Source of the DNA: a virus
Lineage: Duplodnaviria > Caudoviricetes
DNA: 60,975 nt
Virus record (IMG/VR): IMGVR_UViG_3300019886_000001
Coordinates: 1 to 60,975 of that record
Direction: 5' to 3' (one strand)
The notes under the pieces were generated by a model, which worked only from the letters and a program-made list of their open reading frames with translations, was not told the origin of the DNA and ran no database searches. Below, piece by piece: positions 9,555-17,242 of the stretch (positions are counted from its first letter, which is position 1; the number at the start of each line of letters is the position of its first letter). The position numbers and the translations under genes were made by a program.

Positions 9555-10055
9555 TTAGAAAGCCAACTTCCTTTCCATCAAATAAGGTGTTATCTGAATC
9601 ATAAACGTATGCCAATCAGAAAATACAAATGATATTCCCCCGGCTTTCTTGATAATGTTTATTCGGTTTATTTGCCCTTCTGACAAGCTATCCTTACCTG
9701 TCTTTACTTCAATTTCTATCAGGTGCCCGGCAATATGATCATTGCCATTGTAAGGAAGAACAATGCCTGATATATCCAGTATGCTTTCTTTGATATTGCC
9801 TTTCTTAAAGTGAATTTCAACCTTATCATATTCAAAAATCTGTTCATCATCATTTGAATCCTGATACTTGAATTCAGCTTTTTCCCGTGTTATCCTGGGG
9901 GATGGAAAGTTATTTGAGCGGTGAACATGAAACTGTTGTGTTTCATTCATCCAATCAATTACCTTTCGGGTTAAATCGGTGGTGATCTTCCTGGAAGCCC
10001 GCATTTTATCAGCCCGGCTTAACTCTTTTGATGTTCCAAATAAATCTTCAGCCAT
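9555..10055 (-). CDS. VRR-NUC/PD-(D/E)XK nuclease (resolvase-like)
   Basis: ILDISG...IEIEVKTGKDSLSEGQ...AGGISFV; start taken at MAEDLFG. Confidence 0.7.
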   Translation of the reverse strand: MAEDLFGTSKELSRADKMRASRKITTDLTRKVIDWMNETQQFHVHRSNNFPSPRITREKAEFKYQDSNDDEQIFEYDKVEIHFKKGNIKESILDISGIVLPYNGNDHIAGHLIEIEVKTGKDSLSEGQINRINIIKKAGGISFVFSDWHTFMIQITPYLMERKLAF

Positions 10056-10065
10056 TTTTCGTTTA

Positions 10066-10917
10066 TTAAATGTGACAATCACAAGGTTTAAAAATCTTAT
10101 CTTCAGAAACACCCAATCGTTTTAATGCCCGGCCAAACTTTATTTTATTCTGATTTTCATTTGGTTTAACCCCAAGTGCTTTAATTTGGCAATATAAAGG
10201 CATCAGTTCACGTAATGTTATGGCAGTCTTAACACCCTTAACGGTTATGGTATGAATAGTATAATCAACTTCATCTTCCATCAATATCGCCTTTCTGTAT
10301 GTTTCAATATCTGTACAATAAACTACATACCAATGAAGCAACCCTGCTTTTAAGCAGCCTATGCAATTAGCATGTTCCCATATTTCATAAGTTAATGGTG
10401 GTGTGATACCAACCTGAAGTGTTGAAGTGTATTTATTATCGGGCCAATTAAAATTTGGATAGGCTGTTACAAAACCCTTTGCAGCCCAAAATGATGAACG
10501 CCTTACAACCCTTTTCTTTTCTTTTTTATTAAAACCATAATATATTATGCAATTATGATCTGCATGATTATTTTCAAGATATTTTATAAAGGGTTTGGTT
10601 TTAAGCCTGGATGTGCAAATGTGATCACCTTTTGGTGTAGTCATTTGTCCTTCACTGATACATATATCGAATTGATCAGGAATTAATTCATCATCCAAAA
10701 TATCTTTAAAGTTTGCATAAGTTATTGGTAAACCTAAAAAATCTGCAACCTCTTTCTTAAACCTTTTAATGTCTGCAACCTCTTTCTTATTGTTGATATT
10801 ATGGTTCACCAAAATCATATTTTCAGTTCCATATTTGGCAGCAACATTCAATGCTGTAACCGCTGATTCATGCCCACCTGAAAAGCAAAGTATATGCTTC
10901 GTATTTTCGTTTATCAT
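10066..10917 (-). CDS. PAPS reductase-family (PP-loop, Cys-rich) protein
   Basis: CFSGGHESA PP-loop, CTSRLK, HANCIGCLKAG, C-terminal CDC. Confidence 0.75.
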   Translation of the reverse strand: MINENTKHILCFSGGHESAVTALNVAAKYGTENMILVNHNINNKKEVADIKRFKKEVADFLGLPITYANFKDILDDELIPDQFDICISEGQMTTPKGDHICTSRLKTKPFIKYLENNHADHNCIIYYGFNKKEKKRVVRRSSFWAAKGFVTAYPNFNWPDNKYTSTLQVGITPPLTYEIWEHANCIGCLKAGLLHWYVVYCTDIETYRKAILMEDEVDYTIHTITVKGVKTAITLRELMPLYCQIKALGVKPNENQNKIKFGRALKRLGVSEDKIFKPCDCHI

Positions 10918-10921
10918 TCTA

Positions 10922-11848
10922 CTAATTTAAGCTTTGGATACACATATCAGTTAACCATTCAACAACAGGGGGCGTTACTGCATTGCCACATTGTTTGACC
11001 TGGTTCTTTATACTGCCTAAAATTTTATAATCCCTATCGAAAGCCATTGCAAGCTTAATTTCCATTTCATTGAGCATTCTATAATAGCAATCTTCAATGT
11101 TGGGGGAATTATAATTTGTGATCATCAGCCGTTCTTTTGTTGTAACTGAACCCGTTGGTTCTGTTATATGGTTCGTGCAAAAGCTACCACCGTAAAAGGA
11201 ACTGATGAATGAATTGAAGGCTTCTGTTGTAAGCAACCCACTTGAACCAACCGTTGTTTGTGAATGCAAAGCTTCAAATATGGCTTTGGCAATTTCCTGG
11301 GAACGCTGATTGATCAAAGTGAATCCCAATCCTTTATTCCGGCCAATCCTTGCCATGCGTTCTAACTGGCTGTAAACTTTAAATAAGCCTGGATTAAGCT
11401 TTTGGGGGCAATATTCAGCAGCTTCTTCAATAAATATGTGCCTTAATGTTTTATTGAACTGCATGATGTATTCAATGCAATCAGCCACAATTTTAATTTC
11501 TTTGGCTTTGGATTCCACTTCAGAAAGATCAAAGATGATGGAAACGTTTTCCTTCATGGCAGCTTCCAAAATCTTGATGGCATTAAGTTCTGTTAATTCA
11601 AGATCAGGCTTGGCACCACCGGCAACAACTATTGGGAAACCAGGCTTATCACCTTTGCCATATCTTAAATTATGCCATACACCTGAAGGATCAAATACAA
11701 CTATTGGAACACCATCTGACATTAAATCTTCAGCAGTTTTAGTTGCAGTGTGGGTTTTGCCTGAACCCCTGATGCCAATACAACTGTTACCCTGGTTGGC
11801 ATACACGTTGCTTTCAATGGCAAAATCTTCTGATAATTGAATTGCCAT
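10922..11848 (-). CDS. Chimera: HerA/FtsK-like ATPase N-terminal part fused to the C-terminal fragment of a C5-cytosine methyltransferase
   Basis: GIRGSGKT, VVFDPSG, IFIEEA, ARIGRNKG..INQR, then YYRML..EIKLAMAF..DY..G..KQCGNAVTPPV. Confidence 0.7.
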   Translation of the reverse strand: MAIQLSEDFAIESNVYANQGNSCIGIRGSGKTHTATKTAEDLMSDGVPIVVFDPSGVWHNLRYGKGDKPGFPIVVAGGAKPDLELTELNAIKILEAAMKENVSIIFDLSEVESKAKEIKIVADCIEYIMQFNKTLRHIFIEEAAEYCPQKLNPGLFKVYSQLERMARIGRNKGLGFTLINQRSQEIAKAIFEALHSQTTVGSSGLLTTEAFNSFISSFYGGSFCTNHITEPTGSVTTKERLMITNYNSPNIEDCYYRMLNEMEIKLAMAFDRDYKILGSIKNQVKQCGNAVTPPVVEWLTDMCIQSLN

Positions 11849-11851
11849 AGC

Positions 11852-12073
11852 TTAAAGTGTTTCCCTTACTTTCTTAATATCACCTTCCAGTTTTTCCAGG
11901 CCAACTTTAATTTTGGATTTATCATCATCAGTAAGCCCGGTTTTTTTATCCTTTTCATTTGTGCCCTTCCCGGTAAACCGATGGTTTATGCCTGATTCCG
12001 GTTTGATACCTGCATAATCAATCAGGAAAGTTTTTCTTTTAACCACATCGAATACATCGTTTAAATTTTGCAT
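11852..12073 (-). CDS. Hypothetical protein
   Basis: Small ORF in operon. Confidence 0.6.
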   Translation of the reverse strand: MQNLNDVFDVVKRKTFLIDYAGIKPESGINHRFTGKGTNEKDKKTGLTDDDKSKIKVGLEKLEGDIKKVRETL

Positions 12074-12155
12074 ATCTTAATTAGTTTAGTCTTTTACCAC
12101 CAAAAGCCGGGTATTACCCCGGCCATTAGTCATTATGAATTAGAATTATTGAGTT

Positions 12156-13412
12156 TTACTTTATATCTTCCAAAAGTTCATACCTTATTTCACCGGCTTC
12201 CCTATCAGGAATTTCAATCAGCAATTGCAAATCTTCCTGTTCAGCCCATTTTTCAATTTCGGCCAATGAAACTTTATCCAAGAATGATGCATCAAAATGA
12301 AGTGTGCGTAATTCCCCTATTTCCATCAATGCAAGCTTCAGGGCAACAATGTAAATTGCTGATGATGATAGTTGTTCCCTGGAAACTGGAAGTCCGTTAA
12401 ACAGGATGCCATCATCTGAAAATTCAAATCCTTCAGGCATGTTGGCTTCCCTGATCATTTCCATTTTTTCACCTTCGATACCCTTAACAACTTTATCCTT
12501 CGCTTTGGCTTCCTGATCTAATTTGATAAGGTCCTGATGCTTTTCACGGGCACCATTATTCTTAGTGATCAATGCGTTCCTATCATGGGCTTCCTGAAGT
12601 TCTTTTGACACATCAAAGTGATATTGATCATCTTTCTTCTTGTTTTCATCAGCAGCAAGCCATTGATCAGAATTAACCAACCTTTTATCAATATCCTTAT
12701 TATCAGTTTCAAGCTTTTTGATTTGGGCCTGAAGGCTTTTAATGATGCCTTCATTATCGCTTTTCTGCTTTTCCAGGCTTTTTTTAAGTTCTTCAGCCTT
12801 GTTGTATTTATCGTTATGGCTATCAATAGCCCAAAGCTTTTGTTGGATTGGAACAACATCAATCAATTCAGTTGGAAGCTTTTCATCCACTGGAATCAGC
12901 CCGGCTTTGGCTTCCTTCAGTTTATTGTTCGCCAATGTGCGTTCATCATAGGCAAGTTTGTAACGGTTATCAATAAGGGTGAAATCCAGGCCAACCAAAT
13001 CAGATAACATTTTACGCTGTTTTTGCGGTGTGGATGTAAGGAATATATCAATGTTGAACGTGCCGGGAAAGAAGCGATCCATAATTTCTTTGGTTACAGA
13101 AGTTCTTATTTCCTTACCTGATGGATCGTTGTAGATGTAAATCAGCCGTTCACCTTTGGCTGTTTTATTGTCAAACTCCCATATCAATTGTTCCCCGGTG
13201 GTAAGTTCAAAGGTTTGGAATCCTTCACTTTCACCTTCCTTTAAGATGATGCTTGGCTTGATACCCCGGAAACGATCAGGCAGGCTTTTCAGGAAGCTTG
13301 ATTTACCTGAATTGTTCTTGCCGGTAATTATTGCGGTTGAACCATTGAAATCTGCTGTAAAATCAGCTAATGCCTTCAGGTTTTTGACTGTGTTTTTTTT
13401 AATTTTTGTCAT
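12156..13412 (-). CDS. SMC/Rad50-like ABC ATPase with coiled coil
   Basis: ITGKNNSGKSS Walker A, long coiled coil, LSSS signature-like motif, LHFDASFLD. Confidence 0.75.
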   Translation of the reverse strand: MTKIKKNTVKNLKALADFTADFNGSTAIITGKNNSGKSSFLKSLPDRFRGIKPSIILKEGESEGFQTFELTTGEQLIWEFDNKTAKGERLIYIYNDPSGKEIRTSVTKEIMDRFFPGTFNIDIFLTSTPQKQRKMLSDLVGLDFTLIDNRYKLAYDERTLANNKLKEAKAGLIPVDEKLPTELIDVVPIQQKLWAIDSHNDKYNKAEELKKSLEKQKSDNEGIIKSLQAQIKKLETDNKDIDKRLVNSDQWLAADENKKKDDQYHFDVSKELQEAHDRNALITKNNGAREKHQDLIKLDQEAKAKDKVVKGIEGEKMEMIREANMPEGFEFSDDGILFNGLPVSREQLSSSAIYIVALKLALMEIGELRTLHFDASFLDKVSLAEIEKWAEQEDLQLLIEIPDREAGEIRYELLEDIK

Positions 13413-13422
13413 TGGATTAATT

Positions 13423-13716
13423 TTAAATTAAGTTGTACCATTCCATTTCTTTCACAATGGTTGCCCGGAATGGAAAGGCAGTTTGTGGTATTTGACTAAT
13501 AATATCTATTAACACATTTGAGCCGGTAAATATCACCCGTTTTGCACCATCGACTTCAATTTGCAGATGCAAGCATTTTGCATCCCGTTTACCGTATTTA
13601 CTATCCTCAACCCTATAATCATAAACAGCTATTTGCTTATCAAGTACTTCATTTATAGCTATTTTTTCACCACTTAAATTTTTTGATTTGATTCCTAATT
13701 CTTTAAAGTCTTTCAT
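13423..13716 (-). CDS. DGR RT-linked small protein (candidate accessory factor)
   Basis: Start overlaps the RT stop by 14 nt; beta-rich pattern unlike helical Avd. Confidence 0.7.
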   Translation of the reverse strand: MKDFKELGIKSKNLSGEKIAINEVLDKQIAVYDYRVEDSKYGKRDAKCLHLQIEVDGAKRVIFTGSNVLIDIISQIPQTAFPFRATIVKEMEWYNLI

Positions 13717-14662
13717 TTAATAATTTTTTCTGTAGGTGGATACTGTTACAATGCTTGGCCCAACCCTGATAAGATGCTATGGATGGCTTATTTTTACGCC
13801 TGGCAATCATACGGGCAAAAGCCTTCTTAATTGATTTTCGTAATAATATGTGAGTGTGATAGAAACGGTATCCTACAAAATCTATGCTTCTTGCTTCAAC
13901 CGGGAACACTTGATAATTGTGTTTGACTTCCAGGCTTAGATTCAGTGTTAAATATTCACTTATATCTGCAAGTAATTGATGTAAATAAGGTTTATTATCG
14001 GATAGAAAAACTAAATCATCGGCGTACCTGAAATAGTATTTAACCTTCTTGGTTTCTTTAATCCAGTGATCAAAGTATGTTAAATAAAAATTAGCAAAGT
14101 ATTGTGATAAGTAATTTCCAATTGGAACGCCTTCAGCACTATCAATAATTTCATCCAACAGGTGTAAAAGATCATTATCCTTTAATTTTCTTCTTAGCAG
14201 TTGTTTCAGAATTGGGTGCTTGATGCTTGGGTAAAACTTTTTTATATCAAGTTTAAGGCAATAGGTTGTGCCTGGTATATCTCTTAAAGCTTTCTGTAAT
14301 GCTTCTTTGGCTGCATGGATGCCTTTTCCTTTGATGCAACTGTATGTATCTGCTGTGAACACTGAAACAAAGATTGGTTCAAGTTTATTCATTATAGCAT
14401 GATGCATTATTCGATCAGGAAAGTAAGGCAATCTGTAAACCAACCGTTCTTTTTTCTCAAATATTTTGAATGTTGAATATTCAGAAGTTTTGTATTGGTT
14501 ATTGGCTAATAGATTGTGAAGGTTTAGGATATTATTTTCAGCATTACGATCATGAAGTATAACACCATATTGGGTTCTTTTGCCTTTCCTGGCAATACTA
14601 TCTGCCAACTTCAGGTTTTCGATACTAATAATATCCTGATATAAATTGTTCAATCTTTTCAT
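13703..14662 (-). CDS. DGR reverse transcriptase
   Basis: PDRIMHHA, LKLDIKKFYPSI, GVPIGNYLSQ, RYADD, IDFVGY; 319 aa; adjacent TR/VR. Confidence 0.97.
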   Translation of the reverse strand: MKRLNNLYQDIISIENLKLADSIARKGKRTQYGVILHDRNAENNILNLHNLLANNQYKTSEYSTFKIFEKKERLVYRLPYFPDRIMHHAIMNKLEPIFVSVFTADTYSCIKGKGIHAAKEALQKALRDIPGTTYCLKLDIKKFYPSIKHPILKQLLRRKLKDNDLLHLLDEIIDSAEGVPIGNYLSQYFANFYLTYFDHWIKETKKVKYYFRYADDLVFLSDNKPYLHQLLADISEYLTLNLSLEVKHNYQVFPVEARSIDFVGYRFYHTHILLRKSIKKAFARMIARRKNKPSIASYQGWAKHCNSIHLQKKLLNERL

Positions 14663-14881
14663 TTTTAGCCTTATGGTTATAGGGATTTTTCGCTTTATCA
14701 GCTACTAAAACCCTTTTATTTATTGTCTTTTTTTGCCAAGTGGCAAGGTCTATACTGCTATTAAGATCATACCATTGGTGCGCACTGACATTCGTATTCG
14801 TATTCCAATTATCGTAATTCGAGTTCGAGAAGCTGGGACCCGAAGAACCCGTCAACACATACAGTATACAACCCTTTGTTT
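14663..14881 (-). ncRNA. DGR template RNA region (TR plus structured flanks)
   Basis: Intergenic; TATACTG/CAGTATA pairing encloses the TR, then a TTGCCACTTGGCAA hairpin. Confidence 0.7.
14775..14845 (-). repeat. DGR template repeat (TR)
   Basis: TCG GGT CCC AGC TTC TCG AAC TCG AAT TAC GAT AAT TGG AAT ACG AAT ACG AAT GTC AGT GCG CAC CAA; AAY-rich. Confidence 0.95.
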
Positions 14882-15286
14882 TTATTCTTCTGAAATTTTC
14901 GGTTCGATCAGCAAAACATCTTTATGCAAATCCATGAAGTTCATTCCAAAAAAATCAGAATCTTCTTCAGTCAAAAATTCGAGGCGCGCACCGACATCCG
15001 TACGCGTACACCAACAATCGTAAGTCGAGAGCGAGAAGCCGGGACCCGAAGTTTTATCTGTTAAATCCCATACAGGAAAATAACCCCACTGTTTACCAGG
15101 TATCCTTACTTTTCCCTCATTTATGGCCTCTGCTATGATTAGCCTTTTTATTGATGAATGGGTATATTTTTGAAGCCATTCGGGAAGCTTTGAAACTTCC
15201 GGCAAAATAGCAATGGGATCATACCCACGTAAAACACATGCTTCTTCAAAAGCCTTGTTTGAATCTGTTGTTGTAAGATTTTTCAT
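14882..15286 (-). CDS. DGR target protein 1 (134 aa)
   Basis: Contains VR1, SGPGFSLSTYDCWCTRTDVGARL. Confidence 0.9.
   Translation of the reverse strand: MKNLTTTDSNKAFEEACVLRGYDPIAILPEVSKLPEWLQKYTHSSIKRLIIAEAINEGKVRIPGKQWGYFPVWDLTDKTSGPGFSLSTYDCWCTRTDVGARLEFLTEEDSDFFGMNFMDLHKDVLLIEPKISEE
14981..15051 (-). repeat. DGR variable repeat VR1
   Basis: 15 mismatches to TR over 69 nt, all at TR adenines. Confidence 0.95.
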
Positions 15287-15295
15287 TTGTTTTGT

Positions 15296-15745
15296 TTATT
15301 TTATAATTACCATAAAGGGTTTGTATATTTCGGGGAAAGTGTTACCGGCATAGATGGCTAATTCAGATGATTTAAAAGAAAGGCGCGCACCGACACACGT
15401 AAACGTATTCCAATGATCGTAAGCCGAGTGCGAGAAGCCGGGACCCGAATCTCTATTAAAGTAAGGTGTGTACCATGTTTTTGATGGATCAAGTTCTTCA
15501 CCTTCCTTCAGTTCGTTCAATGCCCTGGAAATTAATTTCATGCGTTTATAGGCAGCTTCATCTTCTGTATCATTTTCAATCCTTCTGATAAAGGCTTCCA
15601 TTGTTACGTTCTGATCTTCCAAAACATCTTCAAAGGTTTTGATGCGTTCAGTAACTTTTACAGAATACTTTTTGATCTTCTGAATCTGTTCAGGCGTTAG
15701 GGTGATCTCAATATCATCCCCGTTGATGTTGATAATTGTTTTCAT
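15296..15745 (-). CDS. DGR target protein 2 (149 aa)
   Basis: Contains VR2, SGPGFSHSAYDHWNTFTCVGARL; paralogous to target 1 (KRMKLISRALNE vs KRLIIAEAINE, WYTPYF vs GYFPVW). Confidence 0.9.
   Translation of the reverse strand: MKTIININGDDIEITLTPEQIQKIKKYSVKVTERIKTFEDVLEDQNVTMEAFIRRIENDTEDEAAYKRMKLISRALNELKEGEELDPSKTWYTPYFNRDSGPGFSHSAYDHWNTFTCVGARLSFKSSELAIYAGNTFPEIYKPFMVIIK
15380..15449 (-). repeat. DGR variable repeat VR2
   Basis: 13 mismatches to TR over 69 nt, all at TR adenines. Confidence 0.95.
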
Positions 15746-15935
15746 TTATTGTTTATTTAATTTATAGATAAGAATTTATTGATCATTATTACAGCTTTTG
15801 CAATTTGTAAAATTGGATATACCGGCTTCAGCCTGGTTTTGCAACGCGGATATTTTTTCCTGAATTCTTTTATAGGGCAATTGTAAATATCTATCCATTG
15901 ATCTGTTGATTTTTGGTAACGCTGATATTCTTCCA

Positions 15936-16229
15936 TTATCCTAATTCTTGTTGAAGTTGAGTAAGCCTTTCAGATACGTTACCCCAAAAGTTTATTTTCC
16001 TGTCAATTTCAGGAATAACCAATACACGTATGGTATGGGTTACTTTGCAAAACTTTACTTCCAGGCTTAGTTGTAACCTGAATATTAAATCTTCAGCCTG
16101 CTTTACAGTTTCTTCAATGCGATAGGTTTGGTGCGTGTAAACACATTCATTAATATCAACATTTAAATTTTTGAAGATCGGGAAGGCTTTATAAAAAGTT
16201 TCAATGTGTGGATGTACGGGTGTTTGCAT
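15936..16229 (-). CDS. Hypothetical protein, first gene of the DGR-containing operon
   Basis: Directly after a TATATTTG/GAACTTAA promoter. Confidence 0.7.
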   Translation of the reverse strand: MQTPVHPHIETFYKAFPIFKNLNVDINECVYTHQTYRIEETVKQAEDLIFRLQLSLEVKFCKVTHTIRVLVIPEIDRKINFWGNVSERLTQLQQELG

Positions 16230-16241
16230 TATGAAAAGTTA

Positions 16242-16284
16242 TTAAGTTCGATTCAAATATAAACAAACATTTATAATTATCAAT
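16242..16284 (-). promoter_or_regulatory. Promoter with GAACTTAA motif and ATTGATAAT box (likely drives the DGR operon)
   Basis: ATTGATAAT...TATATTTG-aatc-GAACTTAA-12nt-ATG; very similar to 3151-3194. Confidence 0.7.
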
Positions 16285-16294
16285 AGCTGTTTAT

Positions 16295-16329
16295 AAAAAT
16301 AAATCCCGGCAACCTTTCGGCCCCGGGAT
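16295..16329 (-). terminator. Intrinsic terminator
   Basis: atcccgg/ccgggat stem with a T-rich tail. Confidence 0.6.
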
Positions 16330-16350
16330 CTTCATATTTGGTTAACAGCA

Positions 16351-16707
16351 TTAGGCAGCTATAAGCTTTCGATGTTGGTTAAGTTCTTTTACAAACTTAT
16401 CCCTTGTTGTGGCTATCAGCATAGCCCTGGTATCCAGTTTCTTTATTGCGTAATCCATCAATAAATCAAACACGTATTCAGTTCTGATTTGCTTGGTTGC
16501 AATGTAAAAGAAGGTTTTACCATCATCAAAAATCCTTTTATTTACATACATGGCTTTCTGAATGGTGATGATCTTTCCGTTCAGCCTTAGTTCAATGGTT
16601 TCTAAATTATTGGAGATAACAATTTCATCACTGTTCAAATCGTATGATAGAATAGTTTTCCCGTTAATATCGGGCTTCAGGCCATATATAATGGTTCGGA
16701 ATGACAT
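16351..16707 (-). CDS. Hypothetical protein
   Basis: ORF. Confidence 0.65.
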   Translation of the reverse strand: MSFRTIIYGLKPDINGKTILSYDLNSDEIVISNNLETIELRLNGKIITIQKAMYVNKRIFDDGKTFFYIATKQIRTEYVFDLLMDYAIKKLDTRAMLIATTRDKFVKELNQHRKLIAA

Positions 16708-16768
16708 TGCCTTGTGTGGAAATCATAGTTACAAATGTAATTACAATTATCGTACCAAACAAACCAGG

Positions 16769-17242
16769 CTATTTTTCAGGGAGTTCAACAGGCTTTACCT
16801 TCTTGTATTTACCGTTCAATGCCTCATTAATGTTATCCAATAAGCCTTTATACTCTTTTTCACGTTCTTCTTCACCCATTAATTTGAAATTGGGTATCAT
16901 GTGTTCATAGGCTTCCTGAAGCTTCAGCAGGAACCACTTTATGATTCCTTTATCATAGCCGGTTCCTTTATCAAACATAATTTCAATAGGTGATCTTCCA
17001 TTGAAGTGTGCTGTTATCTTTTTGGTAAGATGCTGAATTATACCAATTGCAAAATCCACTTCAACAAATGCCTGAAAAGCCCGTGCCTGGGGTGATAATG
17101 ATTTTAAAAAATCTTCTGATTCTTTCTTTTCGCGTCTATCATTTTCTTCCTTCTGAACCACTTTGATATGTTCAAGGTTTCCGAATTCAGGCTTTTGGCC
17201 ATTGATTAAATTCTTCATACTTCCCTTATATGATGTTTTCAT
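16769..17242 (-). CDS. Hypothetical protein
   Basis: ORF overlapping its neighbour. Confidence 0.7.
   Translation of the reverse strand: MKTSYKGSMKNLINGQKPEFGNLEHIKVVQKEENDRREKKESEDFLKSLSPQARAFQAFVEVDFAIGIIQHLTKKITAHFNGRSPIEIMFDKGTGYDKGIIKWFLLKLQEAYEHMIPNFKLMGEEEREKEYKGLLDNINEALNGKYKKVKPVELPEK

Larger units (their letters stand above)
13423..15745 (-). mobile_element. Diversity-generating retroelement cassette (target2-target1-TR-RT-accessory)
   Basis: RT plus TR plus two VRs with adenine-only mismatches. Confidence 0.95.

Noticed and set aside
13703-14662. RT as group II intron, retron or Abi RT
   Set aside because: Short, no maturase or endonuclease domain, has the DGR-type GNYLSQ motif, and TR/VR pairs are adjacent
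14625-14858. 77-aa ORF (SGPSFSNSNYDNWNTNTNVSAH) as a third target or avd
   Set aside because: It is the TR read in frame (Asn-rich from AAY codons) and overlaps the RT start; most likely non-coding template
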